Assembly: GCA_963601185.1 (NCBI GenBank)
Contig: CAVCEE010000012.1
Coordinates: 8,436 to 72,435 of the forward strand
DNA: 64,000 nt
Source of the DNA: a bacterium
GTDB lineage: Bacteria; Bacteroidota; Bacteroidia; Bacteroidales; Muribaculaceae
Reading direction: 5' to 3'
The position numbers and the translations under genes were made by a program. The stretch's first letter is position 1. The number at the start of each line of letters is the position of its first letter. The notes beneath the pieces are model-generated. The model was not told where the DNA came from, searched no databases, and worked only from the letters and a program-made list of their open reading frames with translations. Shown here piece after piece: positions 45,665-55,013 of the stretch.

Positions 45665-46422
45665 TCGAAGTGGAATTTCTCGGTACGGGCACGTCAACGG
45701 GAGTGCCTCAGTTGGGTTGCACTTGCGAGGTGTGCCGCTCTGCCGACCCTCGCGACAAGCGGTTGCGCTGCTCTGCCGTAGTGCGCACGCAGGGCGTGAG
45801 TCTGCTGATTGACTGCGGTCCTGATTTCCGCCAGCAGATGCTCCGTGCTTCCGATTTGCATCTGGATGCTTTGTTGATTACCCACAGCCACTATGACCAT
45901 GTGGGCGGAATGGACGATCTTCGTCCGTACTGCCGGAATGGGGCGTTTCCTGTCTATGCGCAGCCCAATGTGCTTGCCGACATCCGTTCGCGCATACCTT
46001 ACTGCTTTTTGGAACATCTCTATCCGGGTGTGCCTACCTTCGACTTGCATCCGCTACAGGGCGAGAAGTTTATGGTCAAAGAGGTGGAGATTGAGCCGTT
46101 GCTGGTGATGCACTACAAGTTGCCGGTGTTTGGCTACCGCATCGACAATCTTGCCTATATCACCGATGCCAAGACCGTCCCAGAGGAAACAATAGAGAAA
46201 ATTAAAGGCATCGACACTTTGATAATCAACGCACTGCGGTTTAAGCCTCACATGTCGCACATGAGCCTGGAGGAAACCTTGGCGGTTATCGACCGAGTCA
46301 AGCCTCGGAGAGCGTATCTCATCCACGAGAGCGACGGCATCGGGCGGCATGCTGTCACGTCAAAGCAGTTGCCAGAGAGCGTGGAATTGGCTTTCGACAC
46401 GGAGATTATCCGTGTGCCATAA
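45661..46422 (+). CDS. MBL-fold metallo-hydrolase (PhnP-like)
   Basis: 253 aa. The start overlaps the upstream stop (ATGA). Cys-rich loop GCTCEVC and metallo-beta-lactamase motif THSHYDHVGG. Confidence 0.8.
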   Translation: MIEVEFLGTGTSTGVPQLGCTCEVCRSADPRDKRLRCSAVVRTQGVSLLIDCGPDFRQQMLRASDLHLDALLITHSHYDHVGGMDDLRPYCRNGAFPVYAQPNVLADIRSRIPYCFLEHLYPGVPTFDLHPLQGEKFMVKEVEIEPLLVMHYKLPVFGYRIDNLAYITDAKTVPEETIEKIKGIDTLIINALRFKPHMSHMSLEETLAVIDRVKPRRAYLIHESDGIGRHAVTSKQLPESVELAFDTEIIRVP

Positions 46423-46492
46423 AGCCGGTGACGACTGCCTGATTTGAATTTTTGCCCATTTTTGAGTATCTTCGCACTATAATTGAAAATAG

Positions 46493-48280
46493 ATGAATCA
46501 CATAAGGAATTTTTGCATCATAGCGCATATCGACCACGGCAAAAGTACGCTTGCCGACCGTCTTCTTGAATACACCAAAACTGTGTCGGGAAAAGACCTT
46601 CAGGCTCAGGTGCTTGATGATATGGACCTCGAACGCGAGAGGGGTATCACCATCAAGAGCCACGCCATCCAGATGGCTTACCGCCATAAGGATGAGGATT
46701 TTGTGCTCAATCTAATTGACACTCCAGGACACGTCGACTTCTCCTATGAGGTGTCGCGCTCTATTGCCGCGTGTGAGGGTGCGTTGCTGATTGTCGATGC
46801 GTCGCAGGGCATTCAGGCGCAGACCATATCCAACCTCTATATGGCTATCGACAATGATTTGGAAATCATTCCGGTAATCAACAAGGTAGACCTCGACAGC
46901 GCGAAGCCCGACGAGGTGGAGGACCAGATTGTGGAACTGCTCGGCTGCGACCGCGAGGATGTGATTCGTGCCAGCGGAAAGACCGGTATCGGTGTGCCTG
47001 AGATTTTGGAGGCTATCGTGGAGCGCATTCCTGCGCCAACGGGCGACCCCAACGCTCCGCTTCAGGCGTTGATTTTCGATTCGGTGTTTAACCCATTCCG
47101 TGGCATCATCGCTTATTTCAAGATTGTCAACGGCAAAATCAGCAAGAACGATTTCGTGAAGTTTGTCAACACTGGCAAGCAGTATAACGCCGAAGAAATT
47201 GGTGTGCTGAAACTCAACCTTTCGCCGTGCAGCGAACTGTCGGCGGGCAACGTGGGTTATATCATCAGCGGCATCAAGACGTCGCGAGAGGTGAAGGTGG
47301 GCGACACGATTACGCATGTCGACAATCCTTGCGACAAGGCAATCGAAGGATTTCAAGAGGTGAAGCCGATGGTCTTCGCAGGTGTCTATCCTATTGAGAC
47401 TGAGGATTTCGAGAATCTGCGCACGTCGTTGGAAAAACTCCAACTCAACGATGCCTCACTCACATTCCAGCCGGAATCGTCGGTGGCATTGGGCTTCGGC
47501 TTCCGTTGCGGCTTCCTTGGCTTGCTTCACATGGAGATTGTGCAGGAACGCTTGGGACGCGAGTTTGATATGGACGTGATTACCACTGTGCCAAACGTGT
47601 CGTACAAGGTGTTTGACAAGAAGGGTAACGAGATAGAGGTGCACAACCCGTCGGGGTTGCCTGAACCTACGCTGATAGAAAAGATTGAAGAGCCGTATAT
47701 CCGCGCGTCGATTATCACCACAGCCGACTTTATCGGTCCTATAATGACGCTTTGCCTTGGCAAACGCGGTGAATTGGTGAAGCAGGACTTCATTTCGGGC
47801 AACCGTGTGGAACTGGTGTTCGACATGCCGTTGGGTGAGATTGTGATCGACTTCTACGACAAGTTGAAGAGCATCTCAAAAGGCTATGCGTCGTTCGACT
47901 ATCATCTGCACGATTTCCGCGAGTCGAAACTCGTGAAACTTGATATTCTGCTCAACGGCGAGTCGGTCGATGCCTTGAGTACGCTGACCCACGTGGACAA
48001 CAGCGTTGCTTTCGGTCGTCGTATGTGCGAGAAACTCAAGGAACTCATCCCGCGCCAGCAATTCGACATCGCCATCCAGGCAGCCATCGGTGCGAAGATT
48101 ATAGCCAGAGAGACCATCAAGGCGGTGCGCAAGGACGTGACGGCAAAGTGCTATGGTGGCGACATCAGTCGTAAGCGTAAACTGTTGGAGAAGCAGAAGA
48201 AAGGAAAGAAGCGAATGAAGCAGATTGGTTCTGTGGAAGTACCTCAGAAGGCTTTCCTTGCCGTTCTTAAACTCGATTGA
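46493..48280 (+). CDS. lepA: translation elongation factor 4
   Basis: 595 aa. GTPase motifs [17 protein letters not shown] and NKVD. LepA-specific C-terminal domain. Confidence 0.9.
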   Translation: MNHIRNFCIIAHIDHGKSTLADRLLEYTKTVSGKDLQAQVLDDMDLERERGITIKSHAIQMAYRHKDEDFVLNLIDTPGHVDFSYEVSRSIAACEGALLIVDASQGIQAQTISNLYMAIDNDLEIIPVINKVDLDSAKPDEVEDQIVELLGCDREDVIRASGKTGIGVPEILEAIVERIPAPTGDPNAPLQALIFDSVFNPFRGIIAYFKIVNGKISKNDFVKFVNTGKQYNAEEIGVLKLNLSPCSELSAGNVGYIISGIKTSREVKVGDTITHVDNPCDKAIEGFQEVKPMVFAGVYPIETEDFENLRTSLEKLQLNDASLTFQPESSVALGFGFRCGFLGLLHMEIVQERLGREFDMDVITTVPNVSYKVFDKKGNEIEVHNPSGLPEPTLIEKIEEPYIRASIITTADFIGPIMTLCLGKRGELVKQDFISGNRVELVFDMPLGEIVIDFYDKLKSISKGYASFDYHLHDFRESKLVKLDILLNGESVDALSTLTHVDNSVAFGRRMCEKLKELIPRQQFDIAIQAAIGAKIIARETIKAVRKDVTAKCYGGDISRKRKLLEKQKKGKKRMKQIGSVEVPQKAFLAVLKLD

Positions 48281-48303
48281 TGCCGATTCCCCACTTTTTG
48301 TGG

Positions 48304-48328
48304 AAATTGGGGAATGTTTCCCCAATTT
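48304..48328 (+). terminator. stem-loop after lepA
   Basis: aaattgggga-atgtt-tccccaattt forms a 10-bp perfect stem. An alternative pairing attcccca (48286-48293) / tggggaat (48308-48315) is mutually exclusive with it. Confidence 0.45.
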
Positions 48329-48499
48329 GTGGTGTGGAATGCAGTGTGTGGAATTGTGGTGGCGGAAGCCCTAATCAATGCGATAAATTGCCCTATTTGT
48401 GGGTAGAAATGTTGGCGATACACAAAAATAGGTATCAAAAGCAGTGATAAATGAGAAAATTACCATAAAAATGCGATTGTGGAAACAGTCTGACGATAG

Positions 48500-48507
48500 T
48501 ACCTTTG
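48500..48507 (+). promoter_or_regulatory. -7 promoter box TACCTTTG inside the lepA-sigma gap
   Basis: Exact TAnnTTTG match in the same TACCTTTGCA form used by two tRNA promoters in this window. It would start a transcript near 48515. Confidence 0.45.
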
Positions 48508-48547
48508 CATCGTAAGGATTTAAATTTGTTAATCATAATTGCGTAAC

Positions 48548-48625
48548 ATGGTTAAGCCAAAAACTCCCGGCGAAGTGATTTCGCTGGGAGTTTTGCTGTT
48601 ATTGTGGTTGGCTATAAGTGGATAA
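48548..48625 (+). CDS. candidate 25-aa hydrophobic mini-ORF (MVKPKTPGEVISLGVLLLLWLAISG)
   Basis: ATG at 48548, TAA at 48623-48625. It lies downstream of the 48500 promoter box, but a strong terminator-like hairpin sits inside it, so coding status is doubtful. Confidence 0.15.
   Translation: MVKPKTPGEVISLGVLLLLWLAISG
48560..48600 (+). terminator. terminator-like hairpin in the sigma-factor leader
   Basis: aaaactcccggcgaa-gtgat-ttcgctgggagtttt forms a 15-bp stem (one G-U). The 3' side is U-rich and is followed by gctgtt. Confidence 0.5.
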
Positions 48626-48722
48626 CGACTTTGGCACATAATTTGTTTATTGTAATGGTGATTTTTAGGTACGAAAATAAACGCAACGATAAATTAGAGT
48701 AAATTGGCCCTTGGCGGCCGCA

Positions 48723-49235
48723 ATGTATTTAAGTATGGACGAAAGTTTGAATGAACGGCTTTTAGGATTGCAGGATAATCTCGGCAGCTTCGCAATGTCA
48801 TTGACATTGAACAGAGAAGAGGCTGAGGATTTGATGCAGGAAACCAATCTGAAGGTTTTGGACAATCACGACAAATATGTTGACAACACCAACTTCAGCG
48901 GTTGGGTGTTTACGATTATGCGTAACATCTTTATCAACAACTACCGCCGCGCAGTGCGCAGCAAGACGCTGGTCGACACTACCGACGACCTTTATCATCT
49001 TAATATGCCGCAGTCGTCGGGTTATGATTCGCCCGACGTGGCATACAACGTGAAGGAAATCTCGGCTGTAATTAATTCTTTCAGTGAGGACTATCGCCAG
49101 CCGTTCTCGATGTATGTGGCAGGCTATAAATATGAAGAAATTGCCGAGAAGATGAACATTCCGTTGGGTACGGTCAAGAGCCGTATCTTCTTTGCCCGCA
49201 AGCGGCTCAAAGCCATCCTCGGAGGCTCCAACTAA
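48723..49235 (+). CDS. RNA polymerase sigma-70 family (ECF-type) sigma factor
   Basis: About 170 aa. Region 2 is FSGWVFTIMRNIFINNYRR. Region 4 HTH is YKYEEIAEKMNIPLGTVKSRIFFARKRLK. The start is ambiguous (TTG 48711, ATG 48723 or ATG 48735). There is no adjacent anti-sigma gene. Confidence 0.8.
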   Translation: MYLSMDESLNERLLGLQDNLGSFAMSLTLNREEAEDLMQETNLKVLDNHDKYVDNTNFSGWVFTIMRNIFINNYRRAVRSKTLVDTTDDLYHLNMPQSSGYDSPDVAYNVKEISAVINSFSEDYRQPFSMYVAGYKYEEIAEKMNIPLGTVKSRIFFARKRLKAILGGSN

Positions 49236-49264
49236 GAAATTTAAGGAGAAATAATTGTCTTGTC

Positions 49265-49301
49265 GCCACGTCCCCGTTCGGGGGCGTGGCATTTGTTTTT
49301 T
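49265..49301 (+). terminator. intrinsic terminator after the sigma factor gene
   Basis: gccacgtcccc-gttc-gggggcgtggc forms an 11-bp stem (one G-U), followed by atttgtttttt. Confidence 0.7.
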
Positions 49302-49357
49302 GGGGGATTGCACTACGTCAAGGCGTCGGCGGATGCGGTGGGGTGGGGCGGAAATGC

Positions 49358-49395
49358 AACAACGGCTTGTTGAACTGATTCAACAAGCCGTTGTT
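49358..49395. terminator. 17-bp perfect hairpin downstream of the minus-strand ribosomal-protein operon
   Basis: aacaacggcttgttgaa-ctga-ttcaacaagccgttgtt. It lacks a clean U-tract on either side. Confidence 0.45.
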
Positions 49396-49421
49396 TATTG
49401 ATAGGAAAAATATATTCGGAA

Positions 49422-49571
49422 TTACTTGAGAGCTTCCTTAACAGCATCGTTCAGTACCATTTCTTCTTTGAAGACATAGGCACCTGTTTTCGGTGACTTC
49501 ACAGCCTTGATAATTTTGCTGTAAGTACGTCCTTCACCTGTTTGGAGGGTTGCGACTGTTTTCTTTGCCAT
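49422..49571 (-). CDS. DUF4295 family small protein (49 aa)
   Basis: Not in the ORF track (under 60 aa). The reverse strand encodes MAKKTVATLQTGEGRTYSKIIKAVKSPKTGAYVFKEEMVLNDAVKEALK. The conserved rpmB-rpmG-DUF4295 arrangement is recalled from Bacteroidota. Confidence 0.7.
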   Translation of the reverse strand: MAKKTVATLQTGEGRTYSKIIKAVKSPKTGAYVFKEEMVLNDAVKEALK

Positions 49572-49583
49572 AGCTGTATACTA

Positions 49584-49772
49584 TTATTTGATTTCTTTGT
49601 GAACTGTTACACGTTTAAGGATTGGGTTGTATTTCTTCAACTCCAAACGCTCTGTAGTATTCTTGCGGTTTTTAGTAGTGATGTAGCGAGAAGTACCCGG
49701 CATACCGCTGTCTTTGTGCTCAGTGCATTCGAGAATGACTTGCACTCTGTTACCTTTTGCTTTCTTTGCCAT
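49584..49772 (-). CDS. rpmG: 50S ribosomal protein L33
   Basis: 62 aa: [62 protein letters not shown]. Confidence 0.9.
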   Translation of the reverse strand: MAKKAKGNRVQVILECTEHKDSGMPGTSRYITTKNRKNTTERLELKKYNPILKRVTVHKEIK

Positions 49773-49773
49773 T

Positions 49774-50028
49774 TTATTCTACTGTTTTAATGCTTGTTAA
49801 GTAACCTTTTTCAGCTGCTTGCTTGATTGCAGCGTTAAGACCGATTTTGTTGATAGTACGGAGTCCTGCTGCAGACACAGTAAGACGAATCCAAATCTGC
49901 TGCTCAACCCAGAAGAATTTTCTGTTGAAAAGGTTGACCTCAAATTTGCGCTTTGTTCTTCTCTTTGAGTGAGAAACATTATTACCTACGGCCGCTTTTC
50001 TGCCTGTAATTTGACAAACTTTTGACAT
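49774..50028 (-). CDS. rpmB: 50S ribosomal protein L28
   Basis: 84 aa: [33 protein letters not shown]... Confidence 0.9.
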   Translation of the reverse strand: MSKVCQITGRKAAVGNNVSHSKRRTKRKFEVNLFNRKFFWVEQQIWIRLTVSAAGLRTINKIGLNAAIKQAAEKGYLTSIKTVE

Positions 50029-50199
50029 GGCTATAATTAATTTTTTTAATTTTCAATTGATTATCCTCAAAACAGAGTGCAAAGTAAGCGATTTTTTGAA
50101 TACTAACCAAATTTTTCTGTTATTTTTCAAAAAATAATGCTCGTTTTCAGCATTTTCCTTTCTCCGTGGGCACTCCGTGGGCGGCGGAATCGCGCGGTG

Positions 50200-53100
50200 T
50201 TATTGCCTGCCTGCGCCTACTGGCTTGCGCTGGCTGTCCACTGAGTCCTTCCGCTCTGGAACGGTATCGGTTTTTACCGATGCTTTGGCTTTCGTTTTCT
50301 TCTTGAATAGGTTGTTGAAATCGTGCTTGAACATGATTCCCACGCCCTGTGTAGTCAAAGCGTTGCGCGTATAGTAGTTCTGGTCGTTGTAGCGGTTGTA
50401 TGCCTTCAGGCGGATGTTTCCGCTCTTTGTGAGCAGATATTCGATGTCGAAGTCGCCGATGAAGTTGTTGCTGTTCATTGTGTTGTCGGAATATCCGAAG
50501 TTGCCGTTGAGCAGCAGCCGGTTGTTGAGCAGATGGCTCGACAGGGCCAACTCTACCTGAGTGTCAGAGAAGTCGCCCTTGCTCGACTGGATGTTTGGCG
50601 CAATGGTCCAGTTGTCGCTCAACTGTCCGAGCACGTTTGCCAACTGGCTCGAGATGGTCGACGATGCCACCGATGCGAGTCCGTTGCCACTGCGTGAGTT
50701 CTGCATATATTCAGGCGTGTAGAAGCGGTTGAGAGCGAGCAGGTAGATAATCTGCTGACTCATCATATCGTCGGTGCTGATGATGCTCCGCACCTTGCGG
50801 TAGACATCCTGGGTGAGCGACGGAAATTCGAGGTCGAAGTTGATGTCGGGCTGCGACATTGCCCCCGTAACCTTCAGCACGGCGTTGACCGGCACTTGCG
50901 TGCGGTTGAGGTCCTTGTCGTTGGCAAACGATTCGTCAAGGTCCGTGAGGTTGGCGTTGACGGCATAGGTGGCAGCCAAATCGAGGTTGGCAGCCATCGG
51001 GTCGCCGTGGAATGTGATTGATGCGCCTTGCTTCAATCTGAATTCGCGCACGATGATGTCCTGGAGCGTGAAGTTGTAGCGACCCTCGTCGGCGGTGTAG
51101 TTGCCAAACATCTTCATACCGTCGGCGGAGTCGTATTCTATGCGCATATTGCCATTGCCGGTGCAGCGGATGCGGTCGCCGCCCTCAGGGTCCATAACGA
51201 GAGTCAAGGCTATGTTCGGGTTGGCGTTTACGAGAAGGTTTATGTGGTAGACTGATGCCGCATCCTGCGAGTCGTCGTCGGTCTGCCGCTTGAGGAATGC
51301 CGGCTTGTTGGCCTCCTCCAGAGCCTCCCGTTCGGCTTTGCGTCGGTCGGTAAACGTGACAAACGAGTATTCGCCGGCGTCCTCCTGGTCGGAAATCACA
51401 AACGTAAACGACGATTTCGGCGCCGCTGACATATTTACGTCAATCTTTATCTCGCCGGGCTTGCCCACGATGAATGCGCTACCGTTGCCGAACACGCGGC
51501 CGTACCATCGCGGATTGTCCTTCGCCGAGGTGTTGTAGCAGAGCATGTTGTGCACATCGGTTATGGCAAAGTTGAACTCAGCGTTCTTGAAATATGTGTG
51601 GGTAATCGCTCCGTTGAGTTTGGCAGTGTTGCCGTAGTCGTCGTAGACCGTGGCATTCTTCACGCGGATAACGCCCGGATTCATAATGATGGAGTCGGAA
51701 ACCGAATAGTAGGTGTTGGTTTGGTCAATCTTCAGACGGAAACGATCGGCAAACAACCGCCCTTTCATATTGATGAGTTTGAACGTGCCGTAGAGTTCGG
51801 CGTGGCCTGTGGCTTCGCCCTCCACCTCCGATGAGAATGCCGACATGAAAGGCTTGATGAGTTGCACGTTAACGTGGTCAGCGTCAAACTTGAAGTTGAG
51901 CGAGTCGCGGGTAGGGTAGACCGCTCCGCGGACGTAGGTCATGCGCTTGTTGTGTTGCAGAATGTCGGCATTGATAAATATGCCTTTGCTCTCGTTGTCC
52001 CAATGGCTCTCGATGTCGGCAACGCCGAGCGGAGCGTTGTGGTAGGAGAAATTCTCCACGTGGAGGTCGGGCGTGTGGAGTTGCGGCGCGCCGGATAGAA
52101 GTGACGACGCAAAGACGTTGCCGGTGGCTCGTCCGCCGAACACTACATGGTTGATGTTGAGCGTTTCAAACACATATTCGAGGTCCACGTTCTTGAGTTG
52201 TAGCGATAAAGAGTCCTCGGCGAGGGCAGAGACAACGCCGTTGGCCTTGACAAACTGGTTCTCGCGGTTCACGTTGATGCTGTCCACATAAATCTTCTTG
52301 TCGGCGGCTATGCGTATCTGCGAACTCTCAATGTTCCAGACCGTGTCGTTGACGGCGAATTGCGACGGATTGATGCTGATGTCGGCTTCCATCTTGTTGG
52401 AGTCTTCCAGGCGGCGGAATAGCGAAGATAGGCTGATTTTGCCTGAGAAGTCCCTCTTGCGGTCGTACACCCATTCGAGGTCGGTGTCGAGGCGGTCGTT
52501 TACGCCTGTGCCGTTGATAAGGAGCATGATGTTGCCGTTCTTGTTGTCGAGTTGCGTTGCGGCGTTGACGGTGAGAGCCTTGGTCTGGTTGTCGATGCTC
52601 ACGGCAAGACTTGTATTCTCGATAACCTTGTTTTTCTGCAACAGATACGGCGCTTCGAGTCCCAGCGAGAGATTCTTGTTGGGGGTGTCCATACGGCCCG
52701 CCAGTTTGATGGGGTGGGCAATGGCTATTGGTAGGTGGAAAAACTCAGTCAACTCGTTGCACTCCGCGATGGTGAAGTTGTAGTCAAACTTGTTCTCAAT
52801 GTCGCTTTTCCTTGCGGTAGGCTTGTTTGCTCCATTTTTGAGCAGCGATGGAAACGACTCGCCGAGGATGGTCTTAATTTCAGTCGCCATATCGGCAAAG
52901 TTGATAAATCCCTCGGCCTGGCCGTTGATGATGTCGGAGTTGACGGTGATTGTCCTGTGGTTGTCGTCATCGGTGCGGGCGGAAATGTCGAGATGGTCGA
53001 TGCTGATGCCGTCGTCGCCGTTGTCGGTGAATTTGATGTCGGAGATCATCACGTCGCCTTCGATGTTGTCGGGCGTGTTGCCCTCTATCGATGCCTCAAA

Positions 53101-54759
53101 GTTCAGCCCGAAGCGGTGTCCGGGGTTCTTGTTGTAGAGGTTGAGGTTATGGAAACTGATGTCTGCCAGAGTTGCGCTGACGTTGTATTGCGAATTAGCA
53201 CCGTCCACTACTGCTTGTCCGGCGATGTTGATGGCGGCGTTCGGGTCGTTGACGGTTACAGTGCCTTTGTACGAGTTTTTGTTTATGTCAACATCCGCTA
53301 GAATGTTCTGGTAGCGGTATCCTTTCAAGTCGATGTATTTCACCTCACCCTTGACGTGTCCGCTGGGCTTGCCGTTTTTGAGGCTCATATTGGTGTTAAT
53401 GTCGAAGGCGGCGTTGCCGATGAAGTTTTTGCCTTTGAGCAACGGTTTGAGGTTGAGGTCGGACGAGTTCAGACGGCCGGTGAAGTTCTTCGTGTCGGCG
53501 AGGGTGAGCACGCCGTCGGTGTTGAGTTGTCCGAGCCCGGTGCGGATGAGTCCTTTGTAATTGGCTTTGCTATCGGCGAGGTTGAAGCGGCCGTCGATGG
53601 TCAGAAACTGCATCTGTGAAATCAGGTCGGCTACGTTCTGCTTGATGTAGCCGTTGCGGTTCAGCCATTCGGCGATGTGCGGCGTGTGGGACGAGAACTT
53701 TATCCTTGGGAGATTTACGCTCATCTCTTTAGGCTTCGTCGGGTTGGTGGCAGAGCCGGAAATGTTCACCTCCAGCCAGTCGCCGTCGGTATGTACCTGC
53801 AACTGCCGCAGGTCGATGTGCTGGCTTGTGCCGCTGGCGTCGACGGTGAGAAACAGCGGCATGTCGACGCGCGCCAAGTCGGGGACAAAGGCGCGGAAGT
53901 CGGACAGTGTTACGGGCGCTTCCTTTAGTTTCAGACTGAGCGGTATGTTGGTGATTTCCTTGCCGAGCGTCTTGAGGTCATTGAACTTCAAAGAGATGTC
54001 GTTAGGCTGAAGCCGTGTGCCAGGAAGTTCGATTTTCAGGTTCGACACGTTGATGTTGTGCTTGTCGATGTGCAGGAGGGCTGTGAGGTTCTCAATGCTG
54101 AAGCCGCTTTGCTCATCAAGCGAGAAGCGTCGGATGTCGAACGTGAAATAGTCGTTCCGCAACTCAGGGATGCGGATGTCGCTGTTTATCTCCTTCACGC
54201 AGATGTGATTCTTGTCGAACACGCCTTTGTCTTTGTGTGGCTCTGAAAGGATGTCGAACGACGCGCTGCTGTTGCGGAGCACCACGGCGGTGAGTTGGAT
54301 GTCGAACTTCTTCGGTGGTTTGTTTTTCTCCTTCGGCTTCAGCGCGTCAATCATAAACTGGATGTTCATCTCGCTGTCGGGCGTTGCCTTGGTGATGCGT
54401 CCGTTGAGACCGATGATTTCGGCGTAGGAGAATACGAACTTCTGGTAGAGGAGCAGACTCATTATGCTCATGCTTGCGCCAATCTTGTCGGCAGACAGCA
54501 TCTCGCCGCCTTTTTGGTCGGGTACGCGCACATCGTAGATGGTGAGTTCGCTGATAGGGTTTATCTCCACCTTGCCGATTGTCACGCTCGTTTTGAGCAG
54601 TTTCGACAACTCCTGCTCGGCGGTGGTGCGGATTTTATTTTGGACAGAAGGAACAGACAGCACCACATAGAGTGTGGTGTAGACCGCTATGAAAGTTATA
54701 AGGAGAGTCACAATTATGCTCCTTGCAACTTTGTATATATATATCGGTAGTTTCTTCAT
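50200..54759 (-). CDS. tamB: translocation/assembly module TamB (DUF490/AsmA-like) protein
   Basis: 1519 aa. A single N-terminal TM anchor (IIVTLLITFIAVYTTLYVVLSV) and a very long beta-rich body. The C-terminal region is typical of TamB in Bacteroidota (size and architecture). Confidence 0.75.
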   Translation of the reverse strand: MKKLPIYIYKVARSIIVTLLITFIAVYTTLYVVLSVPSVQNKIRTTAEQELSKLLKTSVTIGKVEINPISELTIYDVRVPDQKGGEMLSADKIGASMSIMSLLLYQKFVFSYAEIIGLNGRITKATPDSEMNIQFMIDALKPKEKNKPPKKFDIQLTAVVLRNSSASFDILSEPHKDKGVFDKNHICVKEINSDIRIPELRNDYFTFDIRRFSLDEQSGFSIENLTALLHIDKHNINVSNLKIELPGTRLQPNDISLKFNDLKTLGKEITNIPLSLKLKEAPVTLSDFRAFVPDLARVDMPLFLTVDASGTSQHIDLRQLQVHTDGDWLEVNISGSATNPTKPKEMSVNLPRIKFSSHTPHIAEWLNRNGYIKQNVADLISQMQFLTIDGRFNLADSKANYKGLIRTGLGQLNTDGVLTLADTKNFTGRLNSSDLNLKPLLKGKNFIGNAAFDINTNMSLKNGKPSGHVKGEVKYIDLKGYRYQNILADVDINKNSYKGTVTVNDPNAAINIAGQAVVDGANSQYNVSATLADISFHNLNLYNKNPGHRFGLNFEASIEGNTPDNIEGDVMISDIKFTDNGDDGISIDHLDISARTDDDNHRTITVNSDIINGQAEGFINFADMATEIKTILGESFPSLLKNGANKPTARKSDIENKFDYNFTIAECNELTEFFHLPIAIAHPIKLAGRMDTPNKNLSLGLEAPYLLQKNKVIENTSLAVSIDNQTKALTVNAATQLDNKNGNIMLLINGTGVNDRLDTDLEWVYDRKRDFSGKISLSSLFRRLEDSNKMEADISINPSQFAVNDTVWNIESSQIRIAADKKIYVDSINVNRENQFVKANGVVSALAEDSLSLQLKNVDLEYVFETLNINHVVFGGRATGNVFASSLLSGAPQLHTPDLHVENFSYHNAPLGVADIESHWDNESKGIFINADILQHNKRMTYVRGAVYPTRDSLNFKFDADHVNVQLIKPFMSAFSSEVEGEATGHAELYGTFKLINMKGRLFADRFRLKIDQTNTYYSVSDSIIMNPGVIRVKNATVYDDYGNTAKLNGAITHTYFKNAEFNFAITDVHNMLCYNTSAKDNPRWYGRVFGNGSAFIVGKPGEIKIDVNMSAAPKSSFTFVISDQEDAGEYSFVTFTDRRKAEREALEEANKPAFLKRQTDDDSQDAASVYHINLLVNANPNIALTLVMDPEGGDRIRCTGNGNMRIEYDSADGMKMFGNYTADEGRYNFTLQDIIVREFRLKQGASITFHGDPMAANLDLAATYAVNANLTDLDESFANDKDLNRTQVPVNAVLKVTGAMSQPDINFDLEFPSLTQDVYRKVRSIISTDDMMSQQIIYLLALNRFYTPEYMQNSRSGNGLASVASSTISSQLANVLGQLSDNWTIAPNIQSSKGDFSDTQVELALSSHLLNNRLLLNGNFGYSDNTMNSNNFIGDFDIEYLLTKSGNIRLKAYNRYNDQNYYTRNALTTQGVGIMFKHDFNNLFKKKTKAKASVKTDTVPERKDSVDSQRKPVGAGRQ

Positions 54760-54980
54760 TGTTCCAAAATTGCAAATTTACATAGATTATTTGTTTTATT
54801 CGGTATTTGCTGCCGGTTTTTGTGGTTATGTCTGTCGAAAATTTTGCTGTGAGAATTTACGCAATGCGCTGAATTTGTGGAATTTTTTGATAATATGGTT
54901 AAAAATGCTTTTCTGGTGTTGGATTTAATTAAAAAACGAAAAATTAATAAATTTGACGATTGATTTTAATATATGTTTCA

Positions 54981-54988
54981 TATCTTTG
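54981..54988 (+). promoter_or_regulatory. -7 promoter box TATCTTTG (two-component operon)
   Basis: TAnnTTTG match 26 nt upstream of the ATG at 55014. Confidence 0.5.
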
Positions 54989-55013
54989 CGTTATCAAAAA
55001 AAATGTAAAATCA

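Larger units (their letters stand above)
48299..48625 (+). repeat. cluster of eight same-strand TGTGG pentamers plus one AGTGGATAA (8/9 DnaA-box match)
   Basis: TGTGG starts at 48299, 48328, 48333, 48347, 48355, 48398, 48478 and 48603. AGTGGATAA is at 48617-48625. AT-rich stretches lie at ~48421-48475 and ~48630-48700. Confidence 0.8.
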
